Shown here: positions 1-13,971 of the stretch, in pieces
Layout: each line of letters begins with the position of its first letter
Position numbering within the stretch: the stretch's first letter is position 1
DNA from: Syncephalis fuscata S228
Lineage: Eukaryota > Fungi > Zoopagomycota
Direction: 5' to 3'
Length of the DNA stretch: 64,000 bases
NCBI GenBank assembly: GCA_025786725.1
Contig: JAHLTZ010000057.1
Span: 18,998 to 82,997 of the forward strand
Translations under genes and position numbers: made by a program
Notes under the pieces: model-generated
Databases searched by the model: none
Told to the model about the DNA's origin: nothing
Seen by the model: only the letters and a program-made list of their open reading frames with translations

Positions 1-1488
1 ATCAAGATTTGTGGTATGACTGGGTAATCAATAATGCCAAACGATCATGGATTGATGCCAAAGGACCGATTATACGATCAGATATCATTGTCATTGATGA
101 TCCACAACGTAAGCATAATAATAATAAGCTAAGTAGATATACCCGTCATATTAATACATTTCTTGTTCAGTGTGTGCAATTATTCCAATTATTCGACAAT
201 TGAATTCACGATGCAGGATTATTTATCGATCGCATATTGAATTGCGATCTGATTTAATACGCATTAAAGGATCGCCACAACAGGAAGTATGGTCATTCAT
301 TTATCAATTTATACAGGAGGCAGATGTATTTGTATCGCATCCTATTGCCAATTTTATACCGGATGAAGTACCACGCGAGAAAGTGCTTCTCATGCCAGCC
401 TGTACCGATAAACTAGATGGTCTAAATAAGCCGCTAATGGATTGGGCCATGGGCTATAACCGACTCATCTTTAACCGAGTGTGCTGGGATCAGTCTGGCA
501 CCACTCTTAACGGTAGACGTCCCTATATCGTACAAGTGGCTCGATTCGATCCATCTAAAGGTAAGTTGTGGTTATTTAATAGTAATGTTGGTGGTGTATT
601 TATTGTAATGGTATAGGTATTCCAGATGTTATTGAATCCTATAGTCTATTCCGTCGTATGGCTGAAGATACCATGGCTCCTTTGAAGACACCCCAACTAG
701 TGATATGTGGACATGGCAGTATAGATGATCCAGGTAAGATGAATATATATAATATCAACTAGTATATTTATTAATATATTTACCTATTGATATAGATGCT
801 ACAATGATGTATGAGGATACTATTCGTCGGTTACAACAACCAGAATATGAACATATTCGCGATGATGTTTGTGTAGCTCGATTGCCACCCAGTGATCAAT
901 TATTGAATGCCGTATTACGTGGATCTCATGTGGCACTACAACTATCACACCGTGAAGGTATATACACACACATATATATATATATATAGCAATACATGTT
1001 TATTACAGCATTGACAAATTGTTTAATAGGATTTGAAATTAAAGTAACTGAAGCATTAGTTAAAGGTATGTCATTTTAACATATACTATATATACAATAC
1101 AACTATTTATTGATACACACATATATATGTATATGTATATGGCCTATTAATAGGTGTACCAGTAATTGCTTATGCAGCAGGTGGTATTCCACATCAAATC
1201 ATTCATGGCCAAACGGGCTTTTTAGTGCCAGTTGGTGATTGTGTTAAAGTGGCTAAACATTTATATCGGCTATTTACCGATCATAGTCTCTATGAGAATA
1301 TGAGTAAGAATGCCAAATGCGAAGTGAGTTCTGACTATTTCACAGCCGCCAATTTAGTGTCATGGCTTTGGTTATTCAACGAACTTGACGAAGGCCGTCA
1401 ACCTGGCCATGAACAATGGGTACGGGATCTATGGCGTCAATGGCATAAAAGAGTCGATAAGAACGAGAAGACTTCAGTGAAGCACTAG
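1..1488 (+). CDS. Trehalose synthase/phosphorylase, glycosyltransferase family 4 (5' end outside window, multi-exon)
   Basis: Spliced exons give DIIVIDDPQ, IIYRSHIELRSDLI, VFVSHPIANFIP, QVARFDPSKG-IPDVIESY, QLVICGHGSIDDP, ALQLSHREG-FEIKVTEAL, GGIPHQI, typical of fungal GT4 trehalose phosphorylase/synthase; GT-AG introns; stop TAG 1486-1488. Confidence 0.9.
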
Positions 1489-1971
1489 TAAATAGGCAAT
1501 AGTGTAAATGGTAGTCATATAATAAAGAGTTTGTTTATTTTAAAAAGTAATAGTCTTGATGATATGCTATAGCAGGTTGTTACCTAAATGATACAATAAA
1601 GCATGGTTAGCACTAGTATTCGTTAATAGCAATAGTAATAAGCATATATCAATGTGCATATATCAATATATGTATAGAGTTCCTCAGAGATCTTGGTGAT
1701 AATATCGATCGTCATTAATTGCTTCCGAAGTAGCGAATAGTTTATAATCATTGGAACCATATACATATATAGTACATATAGATACAAGATTGACCCAATA
1801 TAATACTCACCTTGTATGTTTACTAAACAATGGATCTATGAAATGTATTAAAAGAAAGAAAAAGCATAAAGAAAATAAATAGCAATTTACATTGGTGCAC
1901 CATTTATATCGATTATGGCACAGGGGATATTTTGAACAGGGGTAGACGTAATTCTCTTGTCTTTTATTACT

Positions 1972-2442
1972 ATGTTTTCACCAAATCAACTTTGGAATAT
2001 TGGCTGTGTTATGGGTTAGTATTTACAACATGTCTATAGACAGTGTTGTATACACGTATATATCTATGTCTAGGTATTGACTGACTGTTTTATCTTTATT
2101 ATCGCTATTTAATGTCTATTGATGTATTGAATAGGTGCATCGGGTGTTGCATTAGGGGCATTCGGTGCCCATGGCCTACGTAAATATACAAATAATGAAC
2201 AACAATTAAAGAACTGGGAAATGGCGGCCCATTATCAAATAATGCACTCACTGGCTATTCTATTTGCTTCAGTGCGAGGTCATCGTATGGCAGGCACGGC
2301 ATTAACTGCTGGTACATTGTTATTTAGTGGCAGTATCTATGCCCTCATACTGAATCGTGATCGATTCCGTTTTCTCGGTCCAGTAACGCCACTAGGTGGT
2401 GCTGCGCTCATTACAGGCTGGTTAGCCTTGATTGCTGTTTAA
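1972..2442 (+). CDS. TMEM256/DUF423 family small membrane protein (2 exons)
   Basis: ATG 1972 MFSPNQLWNIGCVMG, intron to AG 2134, then ASGVALGAFGAHGL...WEMAAHYQIMHSLA...GTLLFSGSIYAL...LGPVTPLGG; these are DUF423 motifs. Confidence 0.92.
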
Positions 2443-2628
2443 TAACCATAATAATAAACTGAATCTATACCATTATCAACAATATAGTATTTATTTAAAT
2501 AGAAATAGTTATAGTGTGTGTATTAAGAGGTGTAAGTTGAAAAAACGCGATTCCTTCTCCTAATCTACCTTCTTCAATTGACTGATTCCTATAACACACA
2601 CACACACAGGTATATACGTAAAGACACT

Positions 2629-3160
2629 ATGTTTGCTACGCGTCGTTTATTCCAAGCCATTAAACAGGTAACATACAATATATAATAGCCATAGATTACA
2701 ATAATCTATGTACTTACTTGTTGATTCATTCATTCAACTAGTCTACTTCGATACATGGCTTGCCAGTCCATCCAAATCCACGTCCGCATCTTATTGAAGT
2801 CTACCAAAAGACACTGGAAGCACTTAAGCCAATTCCATCATCGGCAGTCTACCGTCAAGCAACAGAGGCCCTTACTAAACAGCGACTCAATGTTATTGAA
2901 CGCGTAGAAAGTGTTGAAGAGATTGAACGTACACTCGATGCAGGTCAAATCGAAGAAGTCATCGAACAAGCAGAAGACGAGCTTAATCTTATCCCTAAAA
3001 TGATTGAATGGAAGGCGTAAGTAGCCTATTCATGGTTCTATATAATTATGTTGATATATTTATCTATAGATGGGAGTCGCTTGAAGTACCGGCACCAGAA
3101 GGGCAATGGAAGCAGTACAAGGCGTGCACCACCACAAAACCACCATCCACGACGCAATAA
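2629..3160 (+). CDS. NDUFA5: Mitochondrial complex I subunit NDUFA5 (B13) family (3 exons)
   Basis: MFATRRLFQAIKQ / STSIHGLPVHPNPRPHLIEVY...YRQATEALTKQRL...GQIEEVIEQAEDELNLIPKMIEWKA / WESLEVPAPEGQWKQY; stop TAA 3158-3160. Confidence 0.92.
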
Positions 3161-3348
3161 ACAGAACAAGAACACCAAAGACCAGAAAGAAAGAAAGATT
3201 GCTTATTATTTGTGTTTGTAAATCGTGCATCGTTATTAGTAAACACATAATTGAAGCTTATTAAATGTTTTAATTATTAAAAGTGTCAAGTGGCCACGTC
3301 ACTTATTCTTTTACACTATTGTTGTTGTTACGGTTGTTACTTTTCATC

Positions 3349-4494
3349 ATGACAGCGGCTCGTCATTTTATTACTGCTGGACGCAAGATTGTTGCTATTG
3401 GACGCAATTATAGGTAAGCCATAGTTTGAAGCCATTATAACAACTATTGGTGCTTATTGGACTATAAATAGCGATCACGCTAAAGAACTTGGTAATGCTA
3501 TTCCAAAAGCGCCATTTTTCTTTTTAAAGCCTACATCGTCGTATGTAGCTTCACCGGGCAAGATTGAGATTCCAACAGGCTGTGTTGTCCACCATGAAGG
3601 TAACGCTACTACTATTTATCATAATAGGCATATTGGCTTATAGTAAATGATAGTTGAATTGGGCGTGGTTATTGGCCAGGCAGGACGTGATATACGCGCC
3701 TCTGAAGCAGATAAATATGTAGCTGGTAATTGGTTAATTAAATGCATTTAAACTATAAATCTATAATATATATATATGTATTTATTAGGTTATGTATTGG
3801 CGGTTGATTTAACTGCTAGAAACCTTCAAGTAATTAAAATAGTTAATTAATAACCACATCTAATTAATATGAATGTATCTATTACTAGGATATTGTTAAG
3901 AAGAAGGGATTACCATGGTCAGCCGCTAAAGGATTTGACACATTTACACCTGTGGGGTAAGTATTTAATAAATAGTAATTACTATTAATTAATTATGAAA
4001 TTAGTGATTTTATTCCACGAGAAAAGATTCCTGATCCTCATAATGTTAATTTATGGCTTAAGGTAAATTGAGTATTGCATTATTTGTATTATTAATATCA
4101 ATTAATTATTATAGGTGGATAAAGAAACACGTCAAAATGGCAATACACAGGATATGATGTTCAAGTAAGTAATTCATAATAATACAGTTAGATGATCATT
4201 AATTCAATATTAATAGAATACCTCAATTGGTGGAACATGTCAGTGGTATTATGCGTTTGGAACCTGGTGATCTTATTCTTACAGGTAATTAGATGGTATA
4301 CTTTTATTCAAATCTACCATTCCTATTGACACTACTATGTTCATGGTAAAGGTACACCTAAAGGTGTTGGACCAGTGAAACCAGGACAGATACTAACTGC
4401 TGGACTACAACTGTCCAATGGATCATCACTAAGTGAACTGCGATTTGAAGCAGTTGAACGAGAGGGCGTCTTTGAACTTGAACATCATTTGTAG
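3349..4494 (+). CDS. Fumarylacetoacetate hydrolase family protein FAHD1/Fmp41-like (9 exons, missed by ORF track)
   Basis: Manually spliced: [109 protein letters not shown]; 8 introns; stop TAG 4492-4494. Confidence 0.93.
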
Positions 4495-4558
4495 ATCGTT
4501 TACTTTATATATAAATGATATCATGAAAGATGACAATGATAGCGATAGTGATGGCCAC

Positions 4559-5564
4559 TCAATACAATACTTGTGCCTTTAAAGGGAACTTTTCTCCAGT
4601 TTCACGTCCGATAAACGCACGACCATGAACGTGGCGGGCAAATCGATGCGCTTTTTCTTCGTTTTCCAACTGAATAATAAATCGATGAGAAAGAGATCCA
4701 TTGGAACTAACAGCAATTGTGTTTTATGTTTTAGTTACTTCGTATGGTGATTATTAACTAGTTACTTACACAGGTAGCGCGAATATTGCTGGTTCAAATG
4801 TATCAGCGGTATCACGGTCTCGTTGTAAACGTTTAGCATCCTCAATATTAGTATACCATGGCATGCCTGTAATAAGTACCGATCGACCTGAAGCACCGGC
4901 GATATGTGGGCTTTCTTTGAATGGTACATAATTAATCTACAATCAAATTAGTGTTATGGGGCTATTAATGAAATATCCATTTAATAAATGGCTTACAAAT
5001 TTGCCTTTAATTTGACGGCCACCCATAAAAGTGCTATTGGCAGTGGCCATGAATAAAATGGCCGCCTCAGGATGAGTGAATTTAATACACACACGATAAA
5101 CTACTTGTGGTCTATTTGGATCACGTTCAAATGTAACTGTTGTTCATTAGTAGATGATTACTATTTAATTAATAGACTTACTTGATTCTGCCTCATCGAT
5201 AGGAACTTGCGCTTTTTGTATCAAGTGTAGAAAATCGCGTTTGGTTAGTGTTGGATTCACCTTTTCTAATAAAACGCGATCGGTAGGTGATTCAGTTCGA
5301 CCCGTCACTAGCCATTATCGATTAATAAGTATATTGTATATAGCTACGCTATTAAATACTTACGTTGGACTAATTGGTGTTCAGTGATTTTAAGAGGTAG
5401 ACGCGTATCTTGCTTCTCCCAGTTATTTTGAAGTTTAGATGGATCAGGGATCGGTGTTTTGTTGTTGTTTAGTACCAATCCTTGATGAACATACGCACAC
5501 CAACTAGACGTGAGCTAGATAGCCCGGATATTAAAGTGCGTCGAGCAATCATACGAGCCACCAT
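4559..5564 (-). CDS. Probable mitochondrial RRM-like RNA-binding protein (multi-exon, one apparent frameshift)
   Basis: Presequence-like MVARMIARRTLISGLS; spliced exons with DRVLLEKVNPTLTKRDFLHLI, VVYRVCIKFTHPEAAILF, GRSVLITGMP, HRFIIQLENEEKAHRFARHVHG (RRM-like beta-alpha pattern); needs one extra base near 5510; stop TGA 4559-4561. Confidence 0.55.
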
Positions 5565-6021
5565 AGTGTATAATCGTCAGTGTAAAAGATTTGCAAAAAA
5601 GAAAAAAGTAAAGCTTTTAATGATCTAATGTGCATGTGAATAGTAATTAATTAATTAATTAATTAAAATTTATATTTGTAGAGTTCAATGATGATAATAA
5701 TGATGGGATCAATTAAAGACAAAGCTTATTTGTGTATAGATATAGATATATATTTACTTGTTGCCGCGTTATTATAATTAACAGATTGAAATAACGCTAC
5801 AATAGCAAATACAACATTAAATAAATGATCTTTTAATAATAAAAGCAAGTTAATTATTTGTTCTAAAAAGTGTTTAGGACATCGCCTATTTATACAGAAA
5901 AGGCAGGCAATGTGGAGTGTTATCGCATCACGCGGCCTGTATCTACCGCAACGCCTGTTCTCTATCTAATTTTCAATATTTAGTAGCTCTACACAAGTAC
6001 ATAGTTGTACACGTCGACAGT

Positions 6022-7261
6022 ATGAAATTAGTATACGCGTTGGGTCTTGGTGTCGGGATGGCGCTTGACTCGGTCAGAAAGAGGCGGCTTACGACTTCTG
6101 GTGCTGTTGCAGCGATGATAATTGGTATTGGAACGGCATTCAACCCGTCCAATATGTTTACTGCACTGCTATTTGGCTTCTTTCTTTCTTCGTCTCAATT
6201 GACTAAGGTAGGTTACAGTGAAGACAATAACAGCCTGGCTTAAACGTATCGAATGTTAGTGGAGTGCTAAACGAAAAGCACGCGTCGAGGAACACGATAT
6301 AAAAGAAGGTAGGCAGGCAGGCAGTTGTTTGTGATGTTTAGTCTAAACAAAAGTGTAAATGGCTATGTAGCAAAACAAGGACGCAATTATATTCAAGTGA
6401 TCTGCAATAGTTTAACTGGCACAGCACTGGCTATATTTTATGCCTATCAACACTGGCATGAGTGGGATAAAGCACCAACGTTTGGTTATCATTCTATTGA
6501 TACCAAAATAATACTTGGATTTATTGGGTAAATAATTGGCTAGATGTAGAGTGCTAATAATGCTAATGGCTATGAATTACAGTTTTTATGCTTGTTGTTG
6601 CGGAGATACTGTAAGTGGCATTAAATGGTAGTAGTAGTAGTAGTAATAATAAATACTGATGGATATTATAGTGGGCCAGCGAATTGGGCGTGTTAAGTGA
6701 ATCGGATCCACTATTAATTACTACGTTAAAACCAGTAAGTCAATTGACACACTAATTAGATATTTATATTCATTTACGCTTTATAATTTAGGTGCCAACT
6801 GGTACGAATGGTGGCGTAAGTCTTATGGGACTGATTGCCTCATTTTCAGCTGGAAAGTTGATGGCTCTACTGGCTGGTGTTAGCTTGTACTTGGAAGGCT
6901 GTACCACGATTCCATGGATGCGTCTTGTATTCTTTGGTGGCATGGCAGGACTGGGTGGATCACTGGTAGGTAGTAACAACAACAACAATAACAATCAGTA
7001 ATGGCGTTTATTAATTCAATGTAGATTGATTCATTATTGGGAGCTACACCTCAACCATCCTATCGTACAAGTCGTAATGGGGTATCAGAGCATGCTGAAC
7101 CTGGATCTAAGCACATCTCCGGTCTTGCTCTGCTAACTAATAATGAGGTAAGTATGGATCGCTGAATTGCGTTGCTACTAACTTTTAAATAGGTTAATTT
7201 CATCTCTTCTTTATTAACCACGGCAATTACTTTTTCGTTCGGCCATTTAATATTTACTTGA
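6022..7261 (+). CDS. TMEM19/DUF92 integral membrane protein (multi-exon)
   Basis: LTTSGAVAA, LLFGFFLSSSQLTK, GRNYIQVICN, ACCCGDT/WASELG, VPTGTNGGVSLMG, GLGGSL/IDSLLGAT, LLTNNE/VNF are DUF92 signature motifs; stop TGA 7259-7261. Confidence 0.92.
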
Positions 7262-7752
7262 TTTGATTCATCAATAAATTAATAATATTCATTTATTGAC
7301 CATGTATTATATAACAAATAGTGTCTGTATCTTGCTTATGTTTAGTATTATGAATAGCTATATTATACATTTTGTTAATTATAATAAAGTAATTGCTCAA
7401 CAGTATATATTATACCAAGCATTTATATAATTTCTTAATAACGATTATTGTATATAATTATTTGTCATAAAAACTATAGATACAGTGTATTATTGTGACA
7501 CCATCGGTTACTCATTTGTGCGGTTGCAAATGTCTGCTTCATAGAGCTTGCCGCAATTTAGTACATAGAACAAGACAATGAAACCACTTGCTGCGTGTTG
7601 TAGCAGAGTAAATACAAATAAGGCAATCCACAATGCTATTAACTTGATTTTCTGGCCATAAATACCCCGTGTCACGCCGTTGCAAGATCACACGGTGTGG
7701 ATATTATGGATTTTCCATGAACCGGATGCAAGGCTATTAGCAGACTACATAA

Positions 7753-8853
7753 ATGACACATGGATCAATTATGGCTAGGCATTCTTTGTATTTTATCCTC
7801 CAGTCTGTACTATTAGCATTCCTAATTAATTGTTGCACTTTATATCAAACATCTGCTGGATCAGATATGCCGGCCATTAGTCTTGCCGATATAGCAAACG
7901 CCGAGTGGACAAAAAATGCTACTACCTTTTGGGGCATTCTACTTCATCCGCTTGGAGAGATGAATATACTTGATTATTATATGCAGCCTGCTGGTAGTTT
8001 GAATGAACAGCGAGGACGGCTATTTGGCAACCAGTTACAAACAATAATTGTTGTGCTAACGGGCAGTTTTGCCATACGCAATATGCTAATTGCTATTAAA
8101 ATAATCATACGGCAACCAAGATCATTAGTTTCATGGTGTTGTGCAATTCCTTCTCTTATAGGCATTTTAACTAGCTGCATATACATAATGGCCCAATTAG
8201 GATGCTATTTTAATTGTCGTCACATTATCTGGTCAGTTACTACCGGTATATCCTTTGCAACCTTTGCAAATAGTCTTATATTGCTTCGGAAAGCCTATTT
8301 GGTCATAAATCGAAAAAAATGGGTGATTTATATTGGTCTACCATTTATGCTACTACAACATGCCAATACCGTACTTGTTGTGCTATATTGCTACTACACA
8401 CTGGATCCAATAGTTGGCTGTGTTTTCAACTATCCACACTTTATAGTCTGGCATTGGTTTAGCGCTGTGGTTCCCCTTAATGTATTGTTTTCGGTTATTT
8501 TTATCCGGGTTGCACTAAATCAATACCGACTATTTGGCTCGGATGCATGGAGAAGATTGGCGCGTGATGGTATTCAAACGATGTGTTTGACCGTACTATG
8601 CAACATCGTTTCCTGTATTTTTATAGTGTTTGAAGTAGGCGGAGCTGGTTCCGATATATTTTTTTCTCTAGATTGGTAGGTACTAATTAGTGAATAAGTA
8701 GAAGTCTAAATGTAGATATTTAGGGTAATTGTCAGCACTATATTGATCAATCATTGTCAAAACATGCGAAAAAGCTTTGGTTATTCATATCGCCCCAAAA
8801 CGCATTTTATAGATAATATTTCGCAGATTGCCACAGCAAAGTCTTTAAATTAG
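7753..8853 (+). CDS. Seven-transmembrane, GPCR-like membrane protein with N-terminal signal/extracellular region (2 exons)
   Basis: 308-aa ORF plus a spliced last exon (AG 8723, VIVSTILINH...KSLN*); signal-like N-terminus, then ~7 hydrophobic helices with Cys at the start of TM3 (FNCRH) and in ECL2 (VGCVF). Confidence 0.7.
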
Positions 8854-9467
8854 TATAGTATATTATTTTTATTTATATAAACCTGTAAAGCTTAACATTT
8901 AATGAAATAAAGAGAATTAAAAAACTTTATCTTCTATTAGTAATAATAATAAACTGGCTATATAACTATTTTTTACGTAACCAAAAAATAGTACTTGGAG
9001 TATAGCGTAAAAGCGTATAAATAGTAATTCTAAGTGTAGGAAAAATTAAATAATTACAATTAAATAATATAATAATAGCTTTAGAATTTAATTTTGTTTT
9101 AATGCAATTAATGAAGTGGATAAATAAACTTTACATATAATAAAGCAAATTACCTGATATTTTGCCCAAGTATACATGTGACATATAGATAGCTATTGGC
9201 AAAGTATATTGTTATTGTATTGCATGATAATGCAATAGTTGCGATAGTACGCTAATAAATGTGCAAAAATAGCAGTTTTTAGTCATTTATGACTTGTATA
9301 AACAAAATACAGCAAAATGATTGCCAGATTCTAGTTCTCCGTGCCTAGTTATAAAAATTGGTATAAGAATTAGAACAACGATTTTTGCAAAAAAATGTTA
9401 ATTGAAAATGCAATTTACGTATGTTGGTTAATATTTACGTTATATGTAGATATATAGCATAAACTGC

Positions 9468-12217
9468 CAATGTGCATCGATATTTTTTTATAGTAAATTG
9501 CTACCATGCTTGCCTTAACGCTGTTGATTGCTTTGGATTTACTTTATGCCAACTTTTGTCTTTAGTATTAAATTTCTAAAATCATAAAACTTAATTGTTT
9601 TTTATTAACCAATTTACACGTAAATACTTTCATAGCGTTAATGAGGCATTTTACATTTGAAATTCAAACTGTATTTTGTCAGTATTTAAAACAGTTCAAC
9701 TAAAAAATGGTGTTTTTTGCTGCAGCCATAGCTATTGGAAATAAAAATATATTTTACAATGAATGCGTATTAAAAGCATTGAATATTGTGCATTGGTGGT
9801 AAAACGTTCATGCAACTATCCTGACTATACGCGAACAAGCAGATATCTGCATGATAGTCATAGCTAATCACAAGTAAGACATTACTGTAAACACAGTGTT
9901 TATAGTCGATGGCAATTTTATGAATTAAAGAAAGCATTTAGACTGATATTCTAGCTATAAAAATAAACCAGCACTTTGAACAATGTCATAGCTGATTAAA
10001 AATGAGACACTTGTGCAACTAAAATATTTATCAAAAGCAACAATTATCATTAGATGTATACTGCATCGACGACTATTGGCATTGCCAATACCATGTTGGA
10101 AACTAATCATGGCTGTATAGTAACCAGCAACAATATCTCATAGCATGGTCCACCAATGATGCTGGTTATGCTTAATACACAACACCATTAATGCTAATAA
10201 AATAGTCAATCTGAATGACGAATACACCGTTCATAACATGTGTAGCCATCAAGTTATCAGTGTATGTTATTGCACTATTGTACAGACATTGCAACTATAT
10301 GTAATAGCTACCGCCAATGTATTTACTAGTTGATAGACTATTAGCTATTATGTTAGCTGTCCAATATAGCTGACAAGCTGACAGCAAATACTAATCAAAA
10401 GTGTATCAATTATAACTAACAAATAGTTAAATTTAGCTTTTGTTAATATTTATTACTTGGCTATAATGCCTAATTAGTCTTGCTAATGCAATGGCTGGTT
10501 TATTAATATTTATTAATAGCATACGACCATGTATTACAATATTGATACTAATTAACATACAATGACTATTGACACGTATTTGATTACAATGAATAGTAAC
10601 AATAATGCCAGCTATTGCATAGCTATACAAATAGTATTGATTGTTGTTACTATGTGTGCATTGATATACATGTTGATGGATGTATATTGTTGTATATTGT
10701 TTGAGTATATATATTTCTAATAAAGCAGCCAATATGTGCTACTTGTTAGCGCGTATTAGCATTGATCATCAGTAATGCCAACTGGCTGCTACCGGCAATA
10801 TTGTAAGCGTACTAGGCAGCAATTGCTATACGCATGCTTATTACTGACCAATACTTGTGTTGCTTTTCTGTGTATCATTAGATGCGCATGTATAAGGATG
10901 TCAGTTGTCGGATATGGCATTTATATTGTGATATTGATAACAACGCTAGTAGTGACGACTAAACTAATGCAATTGACAATGTAATGCGCCAATAGTCGTT
11001 AGTGCGTACGAATATACGGCTATTGATTACAGCTAGCAAGCCATGCACTTTTGTTAAATATAGTTAGCGCGCATGTGCATTATGTCTAATGAAGCCAACT
11101 ATATCTACAGTTGCTGATGCTGTTAAAACAGTCATATATAAGTAAATAACAACTTACATATTAGCTGATTACAATAATATATCTGCTCACTCGAATGTAT
11201 AGCAATGGTGTATCAACAGGCAAATATATACAGTTGGTGATTGTTGCTAGCAATACTGATATCAGCACTATGTTAATTGGCAAATCAGCCGGCATATTAT
11301 GCAACAAGCCGCACTAGACGCATACCAATTATTATGTATACTACTTTATTGGTATGTCGTATCATGGGCAGCGTGTTGCTATGTTGATTTTGATCGTGCT
11401 ATTGTATCTATTTTTATCATAAGCATTAGCAAGCACAGCCACTTTCTTATAAATGCCTACTATTTAACATAACTTTAAACAAATAGCTTCTATAGCAACA
11501 ATAACAATATGGTATTCAGTAGCTTTGGTATGTCGTCTAGTTGCTTGAGCTGTATTACATTATCAACATATTGCAATTAGTTAAGAGCAATGTAACTATA
11601 CTCGCGTTGGCTATTTGAACAACAATATCATTGCATTATATTACTTGCTTGTATTGTTTGCCTTAAATTCAGCACACCAATATTAAACAATTGATTAACA
11701 AATATTAGCGTGATTTGGCGATCGAGTACCTAATTTAACAGTATTTGTTCTATTGAACATGGGACTGGATGGCGAGTGACATCAATCAGAAAAATATCCA
11801 TTATTGTAGATTTATTATCCAGTATGTACATATTCTCTATTCACCTATATCATTCCTACTCTACTCACATTACTATATATCACTCTATAATATACCAAGT
11901 ACATTATATACATATTACAGGTTTCAAGTTATATAGCCTAATGAATAAGATGAGCGAAATTGACTAAACTTTATTAATAATAAAGATAGCGACAATCAAA
12001 CAACAGTATTGAGCAGCGAGTAATTAGTATACAATAAAATGTGTCTAGTGTATTTTAGAATGATATATAGTAGTATGGAATAAAATGATATATGATATAG
12101 GTAAATGGTGGATATATGTGTACTGAATAATAAATCTATGATGATGAGTATTTGATGCTTGATGTCACTCACCACCCATCATCACGTTCAATAGATTGGA
12201 TGTTATTAAATTTAGTC
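9468..12217 (+). repeat. 2.75-kb non-coding segment, copy 1 of an inverted duplication
   Basis: Reverse complement of 32181-34929 with only scattered substitutions and one 1-bp indel; ORF track shows identical peptides on opposite strands (10433/33665, 10775/33413, 11776/32430). Confidence 0.97.
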
Positions 12218-12300
12218 ACTTGGTCACCAGACAAACAATATGATGATGTAATGATTAAATAAAACTTGTCACTTGTTTCCATGTTCAAAAGATTGGATAT
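11711..12300. mobile_element. Foldback/MITE-like repeat unit with convergent inverted arms (family A)
   Basis: Left arm TCTATTGAACATGGGACTGGATGGCGAGTGACATCAATCA...TAGATTTATTATCCAGTA is mirrored by the right arm TACTGAATAATAAATCTA...TGATGTCACTCACCACCCATCATCACGTTCAATAGA; same layout and spacer as 57978-58900. Confidence 0.7.
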
Positions 12301-12350
12301 ATAATTTATAATAGATTATTCAAAAAAAATAATTCATACTTTTCAGTTTA

Positions 12351-13971
12351 TTATACTTGCTTAATTGACCAGGGCAGCAATAATAGTCCACCGTTAGATG
12401 AGTAAGTGTTATTAGCATTTCGCTCTGTTGTTTTAACATCTGATTTGGCTCGGTCATAGAGCCAGAGACCGTAAAATGTTAGTAGAATACCTATGGCCTG
12501 TATACTTGATACTGGTTGTTGGAACCATACCAAGGCGGCCATAATAACCACTACGCGTTTCATTAGTGATGCAATACTGTAGGATACAGCGGTACAGGTG
12601 GCTAGTACATTAATCGCTAATAATGCTTGACAAAAATGGGCGGTGGCATTTAAGAAAAAGTAGTAGCCAATAAGATAAATGGGTGTTTCATCGGCAATGC
12701 CTGTATAGACACGGCCGTTAATCTCGCCATGGCCAAATAGTAGTTGGGCCCCTTCGGCGTAGAACCATCCAGGTGATAGACATACAAATGCACTACAGGC
12801 TGACCATATAAGCATATTTAACTTGTCCATACGTGGTTTAGAATTGGCCACATTATCGCCAGTGTCGCGGAACATAACCCGTTTGCTAAAAACGTTCTGC
12901 GCTACATAGACCATACTTGATCCTAATGCGCACAATAGTCCTACAAACTGTAATTTTAGTTCAGACATACATGCCAGCATGACGCCCAATGTTAATGGTA
13001 TTAATGCCAAATAAACACGGGGTGAATAGCGTGCACCATACAATAGTCGATAAACGATAACTGTAAATAATGGCGATAGTGCCTATATAAATAAATAAAC
13101 AAGTTTTATTAATATTATTAGTGTTATAGGTTACTGACATACCTTGACGGTGTGTACCGAACTGATAGGTACACGTGATGTTGCTACACTCGTAAGTACT
13201 TGAGATCCAATTTGAAACCCACACAGTGGCACGACAGTCTTTAGTAAGTCTATACTTGGACCTTGTAAACGTGACAGACCAAGGCCCTTGGCCGCAATAA
13301 TGCCATAGACGGCAATAAATGCAAATTGAACCCAGCTTACAGTCACTGGATAATGGAATATATTAAGGAGCTGCTTGCCCACGTTGTTAGCAACAGCGGA
13401 TGAAGCATACCATGCGAGACAAAGCATTATTAAATAAGCAGAGTCACCGCCTAAATGTTCTATCCATCGACGAGCCTGCGTCGACACATAGCCTACTAGA
13501 GGATGTTGTACCAAATTCGACTTTTCTTCATGCGTATACATCCCGTAATCACGATAATCATTGGGCACTGTGGCATTATGGTGATTATAACTAGTAGTGG
13601 GATAATTGAAAGTGGCAGTATTAGGAGATACAGATGGTATATTGTTAAGTACTGGACTGTGAGGCGTATACGGTGGTGGCGGGTCTTCCTGAAAAGCCAG
13701 CGGTGATGCCGACTCAATAAAACGCTTCTCAGTCAAGCTAAAAGCCGGTGCTGGTTGTCTTTCATCGTGTATTTGTTTATTTGTAATAGAGCTAGTTGCT
13801 ACGGTAGCGCTATTATACGCAGCTGTCGAGCGAGATTGTAATCGCGACTGTGGTCCGGTAAACGGAAGTGCAGTGGCGGTAGCCGACTGTTCATATAGAT
13901 ACATATACATTTAATATACAATATAGTGCGTCAATAACACTAATATTACGCTCATTGACACTACTTACCAT
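12351..13971 (-). CDS. Triose-phosphate transporter (TPT/SLC35E1, Sly41-like) family protein (3 exons)
   Basis: CLAWYASSAVANNVGKQLL, YPVTVSWVQF, VPISSVHTVK/ALSPLFT, YLALIPLTLGVMLAC, AQNVFSK, MDKLNML, VSYSIASLMKRVVVI; first coding exon is ATG only (13969-13971). Confidence 0.92.

Noticed and set aside
10433-11967. Short ORFs identical in both copies of the 2.75-kb repeat (possible transposase or cargo)
   Set aside because: Ile/Tyr/Asn-rich translations of AT-rich DNA with no DDE, tyrosine recombinase or RT motifs; identity simply reflects the recent duplication.
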